Assembly: GCF_000014265.1 (NCBI RefSeq)
Contig: NC_008312.1
Span: forward strand, 2,010,001-2,042,000
Reading direction: 5' to 3'
DNA from: Trichodesmium erythraeum IMS101
GTDB taxonomy: Bacteria > Cyanobacteriota > Cyanobacteriia > Cyanobacteriales > Microcoleaceae
DNA: 32,000 nt
The position numbers were made by a program, and so were the translations under genes. The notes under the pieces were generated by a model, which searched no databases, was not told where the DNA came from, and saw nothing but the letters and a program-made list of their open reading frames with translations. Positions 21,392 through 30,000 of this stretch are shown here, one piece after another (positions within the stretch are counted from its first letter, which is position 1; each line of letters opens with the position of its first letter).

Positions 21392-21653
21392 CTATAACTT
21401 CTCATTAGTTGAATCATTATTTTTATCCCTTATTTCTACTAAGATAACTAATTCTTCACCATTGAGCTTAGAAGGATAACTTTCTTCTTGAGGTAAAGGT
21501 TTAATATTTTCAGTTTCTTGATATTTTTTGCTTAAGGTTTGAATAAAATTTTGGCTCACTCCAAACCTATAAGCCAGCTTTCTTATAGACATTTTTTCCG
21601 GAGCCACAAATTTCTACAATTTTTTTTATAAAGTCTATAGAATAAAGTTTCAT
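21392..21653 (-). pseudogene. IS630-family transposase N-terminal fragment (probably the head of element A)
   Basis: Minus strand reads MKLYSIDFIKKIVEICGS (ATG at 21653-21651), then after a frameshift MSIRKLAYRFGVSQNFIQTLSKKYQETENIKPLPQEESYPSKLNGEELVILVEIRDKNNDSTNEKL*. The expected continuation (L.EL....GV.VS.STI) is found at 20283 downward, on the other side of element X copy 2. Confidence 0.6.
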
Positions 21654-21909
21654 CAGTTTCGCGATCGCTATAAAAATTAGCCCTCCTAGTGTACCTTACG
21701 ACCATGATAAATGCTATATATAAGAAAATCAAATAAAGAATTTCTACTTCGTTTTTACTATAGCTATCTTTTTTGATGAAAGGGCGAAAACAATTTAAGC
21801 CTTTAATCTCTTAGTAACCAGGTAGTTGAGATAGAAATTAAAGGCGGGTATGTTAAAAAACTGAAAACCACTATAGACAATGATGATATAGAACTTACGA
21901 ATAGAAAAA

Positions 21910-22515
21910 TTAACTACTGACTTGAGATATAGCATAAAGCGCGATCGCTAAACTCAACCTTGCTTGTTCAACTTCAGATAAATCATGCCACTCAACAGAT
22001 TCCATTGTTGCTAAAATATTTTCCACTGTATCATTTTTTTCACCACGCATAGAATAAGCAAGAGGACGGGCCATTACTTCCAAATCTTCCAAATCCCAAC
22101 CTGGTAAAACTTCGCTAACACAATGTACCAATTGGTCTGAAAGAGATAAAGTAGAACCTAAACGATTTACCTGATCGACAACATTAATTGCAATCTTGAC
22201 TAACTTCTTAAGAAAATTCTTAGGAGCAAAACCTGCAAACTTTTTATATAAAGCATTCTGAGTATCAATAATTATCCAAAGTTTGTCAGTTTGACTATAA
22301 AAATTTTGGCAAGTAGAAGTCATTTCCACATCATTAAGTAAATCAGATAAAGGTAACTTTTGTTCAAGAGAATTAAAATAAGCATCTGACTCTGGTGCTT
22401 TGGGATTCCAAGGATAAGCAAGATCTTCAAGAACTATCGCACTTAATAAATCTAACTCTATCTCACTAGAGGCATTATTAGGAGAAAATTCAGAACGAGA
22501 AGGCTGATTATTCAT
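21910..22515 (-). CDS. Hypothetical acidic protein, 201 aa, no recognised domain
   Basis: Uninterrupted ORF with an AGGA 9-12 nt upstream of the ATG and composition like the neighbouring genes. Co-oriented with the CHAT-FHA gene and 142 bp downstream of it. I recognise no catalytic or binding motif. Confidence 0.6.
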   Translation of the reverse strand: MNNQPSRSEFSPNNASSEIELDLLSAIVLEDLAYPWNPKAPESDAYFNSLEQKLPLSDLLNDVEMTSTCQNFYSQTDKLWIIIDTQNALYKKFAGFAPKNFLKKLVKIAINVVDQVNRLGSTLSLSDQLVHCVSEVLPGWDLEDLEVMARPLAYSMRGEKNDTVENILATMESVEWHDLSEVEQARLSLAIALYAISQVSS

Positions 22516-22657
22516 AATTTTATTCCTGGGTACATATAAGAATCTTCTATTCTATAGTAGGCATAGCTGAATTCAGAATAATTAGCAATATTTTTACTTC
22601 CTACTGACATAAGCTACAACAACAACTTAGTTAGTTCCGTAATCTCATTTTGATTAA

Positions 22658-24337
22658 CTAACTTAGGTCTTCTGTTGTTTCAATCACAAACTCAAAAACT
22701 TGACCTTGAGAACTGCCAAATTTTAACAGTGTTCCTGATTTTATAACAAGCTGATCACGATGTATTCTTTGCCAAGTACCAGACCGATAAATCAAAGTCC
22801 CAAAACGAGAAATATCTCGTAAAAAATAAGTAGGTTCAAGTTCTTCATTCGGCAAGCAGCGACAAAAAATTTCCGCGTGTTTTTGGGAAACCCACCGCTC
22901 CCAAATCACCACATCATTTTCCTGAGAACGTCCAACAGCGATTGGATCAATCAAAATTGGCCAAACTTGATTATTATCATCTTGAGAACGTAAAAAAGCT
23001 TTAGAAGTGTAACCGTTAATCCAAGTCTGAGAGTTAGTAGGTAGTTGAGTTACTAATTCATCAAATACTTGAACTAATTGACCATTGAACTCCGGGTGCA
23101 TATACAATACTGGCAAAGTCCAAGCTGGCTTATTAAACCTATAAAGAGTTAATAACTGCTGTCTTGCGATTACTACTGCCTGATCTATCAACATTCCCTC
23201 CGTCAAACTTTGAGCAAAAACTTGAATAAAACTTAAAGCTTCTCGATCAGCAATTTCATCTCGCATCCCTAAAACCGCAGGTACTCCATGATGGATTAAT
23301 ACTTCTGCCAGACTACTGCGTGGTATTGCCTGTACCTCACCAGAAGATAGACGCTCTGTAGCAGGTTGTGCTCCCCAGCAAGCATTGAATACTGCCAACC
23401 TTACTCCATTGCGCACTAAAATTTGTGCTAACTCAGTACCATTGAGGGTTGTATCAGGCGCTAAAAATAACCAACCTCCATCTGGACCTGGTATACCGTG
23501 ACCAGCATAAAAAACTACATTATAAGTTTTTTTATCTAGATAGGAAGTTAATTCTTTGGGAGTGGGCTGAATTAGTGTATCCACTCTACAAGGAATAGTA
23601 GGATTAACTCTAGGTATATTTGAGTTTGTGATGTTGCGAGCCTTCAAAACCTCAATTAATTGGGCAACTTCTTCCTCAAGTTTTAATTTGGATAGAACTA
23701 GAGATTTATGGCCATTACCTGTAGAAGATTTTCCCTTAGGGCTACTTTCCCCAATTACCAACAAAATATTTAGGCATTGGGAAGGTGCTTGGTTGCGTAA
23801 GGGGTTAACATCACTGGTGGTACGGCTGAACAAAATTTCCTGACTTAGGGAAAAAGCGGGTAAAGCCACTCCTGGTTGCATAATTTCCCAGGGTAGAGCA
23901 ATTAATTCAGGTTCCCGAATATCTAACCTTACCCGTAAGGGCAGCTCTTGGCCAATCGCAATACCTTGACTTTGGTGGAGACTATGAGCAATTTCTCCTT
24001 GAAATAGCCACTGCCAGAGATTAATACCTAGATTTTGCATTAGGCGACTGGTAAGATTTAATTTGATACCAGATTTAGAAACAGAATGAATATTTGGGGT
24101 TGATGCTAATGTCGGTTGAGAATTACCTATTGGAATAGCCGGTAAACTTTGGGGAGAGAAGACCTCTAACCAAGTCTGCCAAGCTTTTGATAAGGTTTCT
24201 GGCCAGACCTGGTCATGGTGGACATATCCTCGCTGAAAAGGAGCCTGCATGACCCAGACGGCAAAGTGATTAGCTTCTGGGATGCTTAGGCGCGCGAGGG
24301 CTATGCTGAGGCAAGGACTTTCTGAAGGGAAAAGCAT
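22658..24337 (-). CDS. CHAT-domain (caspase-fold) protease fused to a C-terminal FHA domain
   Basis: 559-aa ORF.
- Residues ~130-420 carry CHAT hallmarks: LPLRVRLDIREPELIALPWEIM, the His in VVFYAGHG (H280, nt 23498-23500), the Cys in LAVFNACWG (C320, nt 23378-23380) and VPAVLGMRDEIADREA.
- Residues ~455-555 (nt 22673-22975) look like FHA: VGRSQENDVVI, VSQKHAEIF, YFLRDISRFGTLIY. Confidence 0.8.
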   Translation of the reverse strand: MLFPSESPCLSIALARLSIPEANHFAVWVMQAPFQRGYVHHDQVWPETLSKAWQTWLEVFSPQSLPAIPIGNSQPTLASTPNIHSVSKSGIKLNLTSRLMQNLGINLWQWLFQGEIAHSLHQSQGIAIGQELPLRVRLDIREPELIALPWEIMQPGVALPAFSLSQEILFSRTTSDVNPLRNQAPSQCLNILLVIGESSPKGKSSTGNGHKSLVLSKLKLEEEVAQLIEVLKARNITNSNIPRVNPTIPCRVDTLIQPTPKELTSYLDKKTYNVVFYAGHGIPGPDGGWLFLAPDTTLNGTELAQILVRNGVRLAVFNACWGAQPATERLSSGEVQAIPRSSLAEVLIHHGVPAVLGMRDEIADREALSFIQVFAQSLTEGMLIDQAVVIARQQLLTLYRFNKPAWTLPVLYMHPEFNGQLVQVFDELVTQLPTNSQTWINGYTSKAFLRSQDDNNQVWPILIDPIAVGRSQENDVVIWERWVSQKHAEIFCRCLPNEELEPTYFLRDISRFGTLIYRSGTWQRIHRDQLVIKSGTLLKFGSSQGQVFEFVIETTEDLS

Positions 24338-24484
24338 TCAACTTTTTCTATACTATTCTTAATATACTTGAAGAAATCTATGCTACTTTCATGCTACTTT
24401 ATCTCAAATCCGCATTAGTAAAAGAGTATTTAAAGACTTTAATTCTTTGCTTTTAAACGAATTTAGAGATAAAACAAGCACCAC

Positions 24485-24610
24485 TAAATCAACCAGATTT
24501 TGTATTACCTAAGTCAGTAATTAATAGTCACATATCAAAAATACAGATAAATCAACCAGATTTTGTATTACCTAAGTCAGTAATTAATAGTCACATATCA
24601 AAAATACAGA
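24485..24610. repeat. Perfect tandem duplication, 2 x 63 bp
   Basis: AAATCAACCAGATTTTGTATTACCTAAGTCAGTAATTAATAGTCACATATCAAAAATACAGAT occurs at 24485-24547 and again, identical, at 24548-24610. This is 148-273 bp upstream of the CHAT-FHA start codon. Confidence 0.95.
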
Positions 24611-25023
24611 TTCAGAGGTCAGTAAGTAGTTAATAATTAGTAATAGCTAAGGATATTAATTAGTATATCCTTTTAATTATCAAAATGTAAATAAGTAGGT
24701 AGATAAATTATTTGTGTATAAATTTATTTGTTGCTGATATTTTAATAGCTGTTGAGGTGATTCATAAAAAATGCACAGTTAATTCTCTCCCTGGTACTTA
24801 GTTAAAAGACAATTATAGCAAAAGTCAAAAGTTAAATTCACACCACGGACTAAATTTGAGAATGTCTGCTTAGATGTAAATTAGCTTTTATCGGACTTCA
24901 TGCCCTGATACAAAGGGTGAAAAAGTCATGTTATACTTAGCTTATGTAAAATTTTAACTATTTAGTAATTTAAAATAGGTACCAATAACTTTTTTGATCA
25001 TTACATCTTATTTAACTATTTTT

Positions 25024-25049
25024 TAGGGACATTTCATGCAATGTCCCTA
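25024..25049 (+). other. Perfect 10-bp stem / 6-nt loop hairpin in the divergent intergenic region
   Basis: TAGGGACATT-TCATGC-AATGTCCCTA. A partial second copy of the 3' arm and loop (GCATGCAATGTCTA) lies at 25067-25080. A short CCCC-N8-GGGG-TTTT element lies at 25091-25110. Function unknown. Confidence 0.4.
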
Positions 25050-25336
25050 ACTTCTTCTTCGTGTTTGCATGCAATGTCTATACTCACTGCCCCTCCACGG
25101 TCGGGGTTTTAATCAAGAAAGTATAGCAAACATTTATCTCCCTTAGTATTATGCTTTTAAACAAGAAATCAGGTTTTTTGTCATAATTATTGTTGTTTGC
25201 GCCTTATGGGATATTTCGCTTCATAACCTGGTTTCTTTATAAGTCCTAAGTTATAGAAATAGTATTTAGCTATAGGCAATTTAAGAATATTAATTTAATA
25301 AATTTTTCTGATTACTTCTTCTTTGTCTGATAACAA

Positions 25337-27400
25337 ATGTGGCAGTTTAAAAAATATAGTTGGTATTTTTCCCTATCCTTATTTACCGTTATAGTTATTG
25401 GTTCATTCATTGCCAGAGGATATACTTTTCCCGTAGGAAATCATTACACTCATGTTCCTCAAATCAAATCAATGTTGAATTCTGAACTCTATATAAATGA
25501 CTACTACGTTCAGGAAATGTTGCAGTTTACTCCTAGATATTACTATCAATACTTGGTTTATTTTCTATCCAAAATTACTGGCAGTCTTTCCCTAACTTAT
25601 TTAATTTATTATCTGACTTCATTTATTAGTTTTATTTTGGGTTTATTTGCTCTAAGTAAAATTTTTACTCCTTCTAAACTATCAGCAGCAGTTTTAATTT
25701 TTCTGAGTTTAAAATCTTATACTTTAATTGGATATTTAAAACTTTTTCCTAATACTCCCATACCTGCCACATTTGCTATGAGTTTTACTGTTTGGGGTAT
25801 TTATTTCTGTTTTCAGCAAAGATGGATAATTGGTTATTTATTTTTTGGTATTGCTTCAATTTTACAATTTTTGGTCGGTGTTTTGCCTGGAATTATAATG
25901 ATTCCTATTATGTTAATTGAAACTATAAAAAAATATAATTATAAACAAGTAAAACACCAATTTATAGTACTTCTATCCTCTAGAATACTTAAAGTTAAAA
26001 GTATTACTAAATTGATTGATTTCTGGTTTCGTTATGAATTGATTTTTTTGGTAATTATACCCTTAGTTATTTGGTTGAGTTTTGCTTGTTTAGTTTATCT
26101 ACCTATGTTATTAACTGGCACTACTAGTACCGATCAATTAACTAATGAAGAATTTGTTTTTATCTATGGTTGGGTAAGGAATCCTCATCATATTATTCCT
26201 ACTTATTGGAATTGGAAAAGTAGGTTAGATTTTGTATGCTTTATTCTGGGTGGTTGTTTGTGTATTAATAAAATTGATATTGCCAAATCGAAATATTTCT
26301 TGCACCAGCCAATAACAGAGAAAAAACAAATCTACAGATATCCTTTTTCAGAGGTAGAAATAGGAAATATAAAAGAAAAAAAGGTCGGGGAAAATTTTTG
26401 CATTTCTAATAATATGAGATGTTTAGAGAAATGGAAGTTTTATCTAATTGTTGCTGAGTCAATTTTTGCTTTGTTTTTAGGTTATATTTTTCTGGAAGTT
26501 TACCCCTTGGCTTTATTTGCTAAGTTACAGTTGGCAAGAACTGTTCCTTTTGCTCAATTGATAATATTTATTGCTGTTGGTATTTTGGTTAATCAGTTAT
26601 ATCAACAAAAAAAATTAGGAATTGCTTTACTCTTAATAATCTCTCTAATTTTGCCTATACCTTATCAGGGCATTTGCTTTTTTATCTTATCGGTGGGATT
26701 GTTTTTTCTGGAGAAATGGCACCACAAACTAATAATTTTTTTGATGCTGTTAGTAGGGTTAATATTTTACTTCTTACATCCATCCATAGATTTAATTGTT
26801 AATCGTTTGTTTGTTATGCCTGGTTTATTTTTGGTTTTGATATTTCCATTTATTTTAGATGAGATTGATATAGCGATCGCTCAGAAAAAGTTAATGACTT
26901 ATTGTTTAGCGCTATCCACAATTTTAGTATTGATTTTAGGATTATTTGAAGCATTGCCAGGAAAAATTTTGGAGGTATTTGAGCAACAGGTAAAATTTAA
27001 CAGAGTTCCCCAAGATGAAGTTACAAAACTAGCTTTAAGATTTAGGGAAATTAGCAATAAAGATGATGTAATTTTAATTCCTCCATTTGTGTCAAATTTC
27101 CAGTTTTTTTCGGAAAGAGCAGTTATTGTTGACTTTAAACATTTTCCGCAAACTGATAGGGGAATTAGAGAATGGAAAAATCGGATGGAAGATGTTTTTG
27201 GTGTTCCTTTGAATGATAAGTTAGCGGTGGGAGCCATGGAAACTTTGTTTCAACAACAGACTGGAAAAGAATTAGTTAGTGTGGCGAAAAAATATGGGGC
27301 TGGATATATTTTGACTAGGGTTAACTGGCATGGAGATATTGAAGGAAAGGTTATAGATAAACAAGGAGAATGGGGGATTTTTCAAATAAATTATGATTAG
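25337..27400 (+). CDS. Large polytopic membrane protein with C-terminal soluble domain (possibly GT-C-like glycosyltransferase/polymerase; function uncertain)
   Basis: 687-aa ORF with two blocks of hydrophobic helices (about 1-310 and 360-545). They are separated by a ~60-aa hydrophilic loop (KSKYFLHQPITEKKQIYRYPFSEVEIGNIKEKKVGENF). A ~140-aa hydrophilic C-terminus follows (FNRVPQDEVTKLALRF...IREWKNRMEDVFG). Confidence refers to it being a real gene; the functional guess is much weaker (~0.3). Confidence 0.8.
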   Translation: MWQFKKYSWYFSLSLFTVIVIGSFIARGYTFPVGNHYTHVPQIKSMLNSELYINDYYVQEMLQFTPRYYYQYLVYFLSKITGSLSLTYLIYYLTSFISFILGLFALSKIFTPSKLSAAVLIFLSLKSYTLIGYLKLFPNTPIPATFAMSFTVWGIYFCFQQRWIIGYLFFGIASILQFLVGVLPGIIMIPIMLIETIKKYNYKQVKHQFIVLLSSRILKVKSITKLIDFWFRYELIFLVIIPLVIWLSFACLVYLPMLLTGTTSTDQLTNEEFVFIYGWVRNPHHIIPTYWNWKSRLDFVCFILGGCLCINKIDIAKSKYFLHQPITEKKQIYRYPFSEVEIGNIKEKKVGENFCISNNMRCLEKWKFYLIVAESIFALFLGYIFLEVYPLALFAKLQLARTVPFAQLIIFIAVGILVNQLYQQKKLGIALLLIISLILPIPYQGICFFILSVGLFFLEKWHHKLIIFLMLLVGLIFYFLHPSIDLIVNRLFVMPGLFLVLIFPFILDEIDIAIAQKKLMTYCLALSTILVLILGLFEALPGKILEVFEQQVKFNRVPQDEVTKLALRFREISNKDDVILIPPFVSNFQFFSERAVIVDFKHFPQTDRGIREWKNRMEDVFGVPLNDKLAVGAMETLFQQQTGKELVSVAKKYGAGYILTRVNWHGDIEGKVIDKQGEWGIFQINYD

Positions 27401-27654
27401 TACAACTTTGATTTGTCAGCCATAATTATAATTATTACTATAGTATAGCAACCCTAAATTATTTGTAAAAAAAAGGTAGGGGTTTGGTCTTTTTATCCTA
27501 TTTTCTTTGAGTTTATAGAGCAAATTATTACGAAAAATCTTACAACCTATAGTCAAATTGCTATACATTTAGGGTGATGAAAAAATACCCTATTTCTCAT
27601 CACTCTAGACAACTTAAATTTTACTAAAAAATTATTTAATTAAGACAAATTTAT

Positions 27655-28211
27655 ATGTCAAATCTCAAAGTTAAAGACTTGGAAAGATTACAAGTTGCTC
27701 TGAATCAAGCTAGTTTAGATTATCAACTATAATTAGACGAAGGAAAGATATTATTTATGGGTCTGTCAGATATTGTTTCTAGTGAAGTTAGTGTTAGTTT
27801 AATAGCTGATTTTTATGCTTGGGTTAACCCAGGTAGCCTAGGAAATTTGTTTAATTCTAGTAGTGCTTTTATTTTTCCGGATACTAATATCAAAGCTCCT
27901 GATGTTTCTTTTGTTCGTGCCCAAAATCTGAAAAAAGCGTTCTTTATTTTGGGGAATTGGTGCCAGATTTAGTAGTGACAATTAAATCTCAAAGTGACAG
28001 AATTAAACCTTGAAAAGAGAAAATTAAGAAGTATTTATAACTAGGAATACAAGTAGAAATTTTGATATTCCCAGATGAGGAAATAGTTGTAGTTTATCCC
28101 TCCAATGGTGAAAAAAATGATTTTAATAATCAAGATAAGTTGACTATTCCTAAACTATTTACTAAGTGAGAATTGCCTATTGTTGAACCTTGGTCGCCTA
28201 TATTTAATTAA
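27655..28211 (+). pseudogene. Uma2-family (DUF820) endonuclease pseudogene
   Basis: Frames read MSNLKVKDLERLQVALNQASLDYQL*, LDEGKILFMGLSDIVSSEVSVSLIADFYAWVNPGSLGNLFNSSSAFIFPDTNIKAPDVSFVRAQNL, then (shift) PDLVVTIKSQSDRIKP*KEKIKKYL*LGIQVEILIFPDEEIVVVYPSNGE.... This is colinear with Uma2 proteins (PDVSF....L......PDLVVEI.S.SD......K...Y...G......I.P....V.VY), with at least 3 stops or frameshifts. Confidence 0.65.
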
Positions 28212-28261
28212 GAAGAGTAATTTCTGTTATAGATTCTTACAAAATGTTTATAAACTAATCA

Positions 28262-28490
28262 GGTTCAGCTCATCTTAACAATCATTGAAAAATAGTATCT
28301 TTTCTGATGAGGTAGGTTTTACTAACAGATTTTTATATTAATTTAGTGACAAAAATACATTCCAATTGTTAAGTCGCAAAAACTGATAATATGAAAATTA
28401 TGTGATATTTATAATTTCTTGAAAAGCTTGTATTGTAAGCAGGTAATAAAAATATTGATTTGTCAATAAAATTTTAGATGAGCTTGCCCT
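28262..28490. mobile_element. MITE-like element (family B), short copy (~230 bp, internal deletion relative to 8419-8792)
   Basis: The left end GGTTCAGCTCATCTTAACAATCATTGAAAAATAGTATCTTTTCT, the right end TTGATTTGTCAATAAAATTTTAGATGAGCTTGCC and the internal GATAATATGAAAATTATGTGATATTTATAATTTCTTGAAAAGCTTGTATTGTAAGCAGG block all match the 8.4-kb copy. Confidence 0.6.
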
Positions 28491-29095
28491 GACAAACTAC
28501 TTGAGTTTCTTTGTAGTAAATTAGACTGCAAATAAGTTAGAAATAATAGTTACAGAAATAGAAATTTAAACCCCATATTTTTTTTTCCTAATATCAGATT
28601 CTAGGGAACTTAAAGGTAATTTTTATTTAATGTAAAAATATTACTCTATAAGGTTTTTAAATTATTTCTAACCTATTTTTTTTAGATTCCAGTTAAGTAA
28701 TTTAACTTCTATAGATAATAAAATTCTCATTTCTGAATAAAACGAAGGTTTTTATTTTTAACGGCGGGGTAAAGGTGAACATTTTCTATAGATATCTAGT
28801 GGTCTTTAATGAAAAGTCTAAATACTGAAAAACCTTTTTTCTTCTGTCTTTAGCATCATTGCCTTTTCATAACGATAATTTTTAACGCCCCACCTACTAA
28901 GGTACTTCTAAACCAAGACTAAAAAATTAATCCAATGACTATAAAAAAGCAGTGAGACCCTTATTTTCCTTACTTATTCTTCAGCTAGCTGTTACCTTAC
29001 CTGCCACAGCAACTAGCGAAATTCTCTACCTAAACTCAACCCGTGGTAGGGGTACTGGTAGCTTGGGAAATTTTCGTAGTACAATAGCCGAATGG

Positions 29096-29230
29096 TTAAG
29101 TAGGTAGGGAGCAAAAAAATTTAGCGATATTAAGATTTGTGTACTGAATTTAAGCACCTCCACATAGGTGATTTGAGGTTAATTTACATTTTGTTACATA
29201 GCGACAAATTTCAACACCGACCTACTTAAT
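29096..29230 (-). mobile_element. MITE-like ~133-bp repeat (family A), copy 2, inverted
   Basis: The reverse complement aligns with 748-880. Termini are TTAAGTAGGTAGGG ... CACCGACCTACTTAA. Confidence 0.6.
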
Positions 29231-29234
29231 TCAA

Positions 29235-29497
29235 ATTCAGCTATGGCGTGAGATGAATCCACAGTCAATCGATGTTAACTAATGAGACATTGATTGACAA
29301 TATTATTGTGGTTTTTTTTTATTCTCAAATTGTCCGGACTGCGGTATGGCAATAGAGCGAGATGTAAATGCAGCAAATATAAAAAACAGGGCGGTAGGGC
29401 ATTGAGTCCTTAAAGCTCGTGGAGTCCGATGGAGTAACGGGACTGAGAAGCGAGAAGCCCACACTGTAGCATCGGCTTAGTGTGGGAGTATGTCACA
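29235..29497 (+). pseudogene. IS200/IS605-family tnpB 3' remnant with right-end hairpin (omega-RNA-like region)
   Basis: Frames read IIVVFFYSQI, then (shift) CPDCGMAIERDVNAANIKNRAVGH*. This is the TnpB C-terminal zinc ribbon plus the last RuvC motif (YTSQ.C..CG....DRD.NAA.NI...A.G). It is followed by an 8-bp stem CCCACACT (29458-29465) / AGTGTGGG (29479-29486). No upstream tnpB body; the 5' side is replaced by MITE A. Confidence 0.6.
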
Positions 29498-30000
29498 TTA
29501 AATATATATAGTTCACCTACTTACTAGAGAGTACAAAGTTCTCCTAAAAAACTATTGCCTTTAAAGGCTGAAAGTATTATAAGAATTGGCTTACAGCATT
29601 TATAGTTGTTTTGAGAAAGTTTCTAACTTTGAGATAGCTGTAAGCCAAAGCTCGCAATAGTTATTCCCAGAATTTCCCTCTGTCTAGCTACTTACTAAAT
29701 CAAATTAAGTATCAAAGCATTGACTGGTTTTAGCTTTAGGTCTAGGCCTTTTGGGTTTAAAAAAAGTGCTAGGTTTTTAGTCCACAGAGCTGACCCATAC
29801 TAGTATTTTGGATTGACCATGGCTGAAAAATCAAGGGACAAATATATCCGACTACTTACTCTATAAATTCTTTGTTCGTTTATACGAACTTTATATGCAA
29901 CTTCTTTACCTATTTTAAGTCCTCGTTGCGGTTGGGGGTGGGTCTCCTACTCTTTAAAAAGACTTTTTCAACTAACGTTATTTATTGAAAAAACCCTAAG

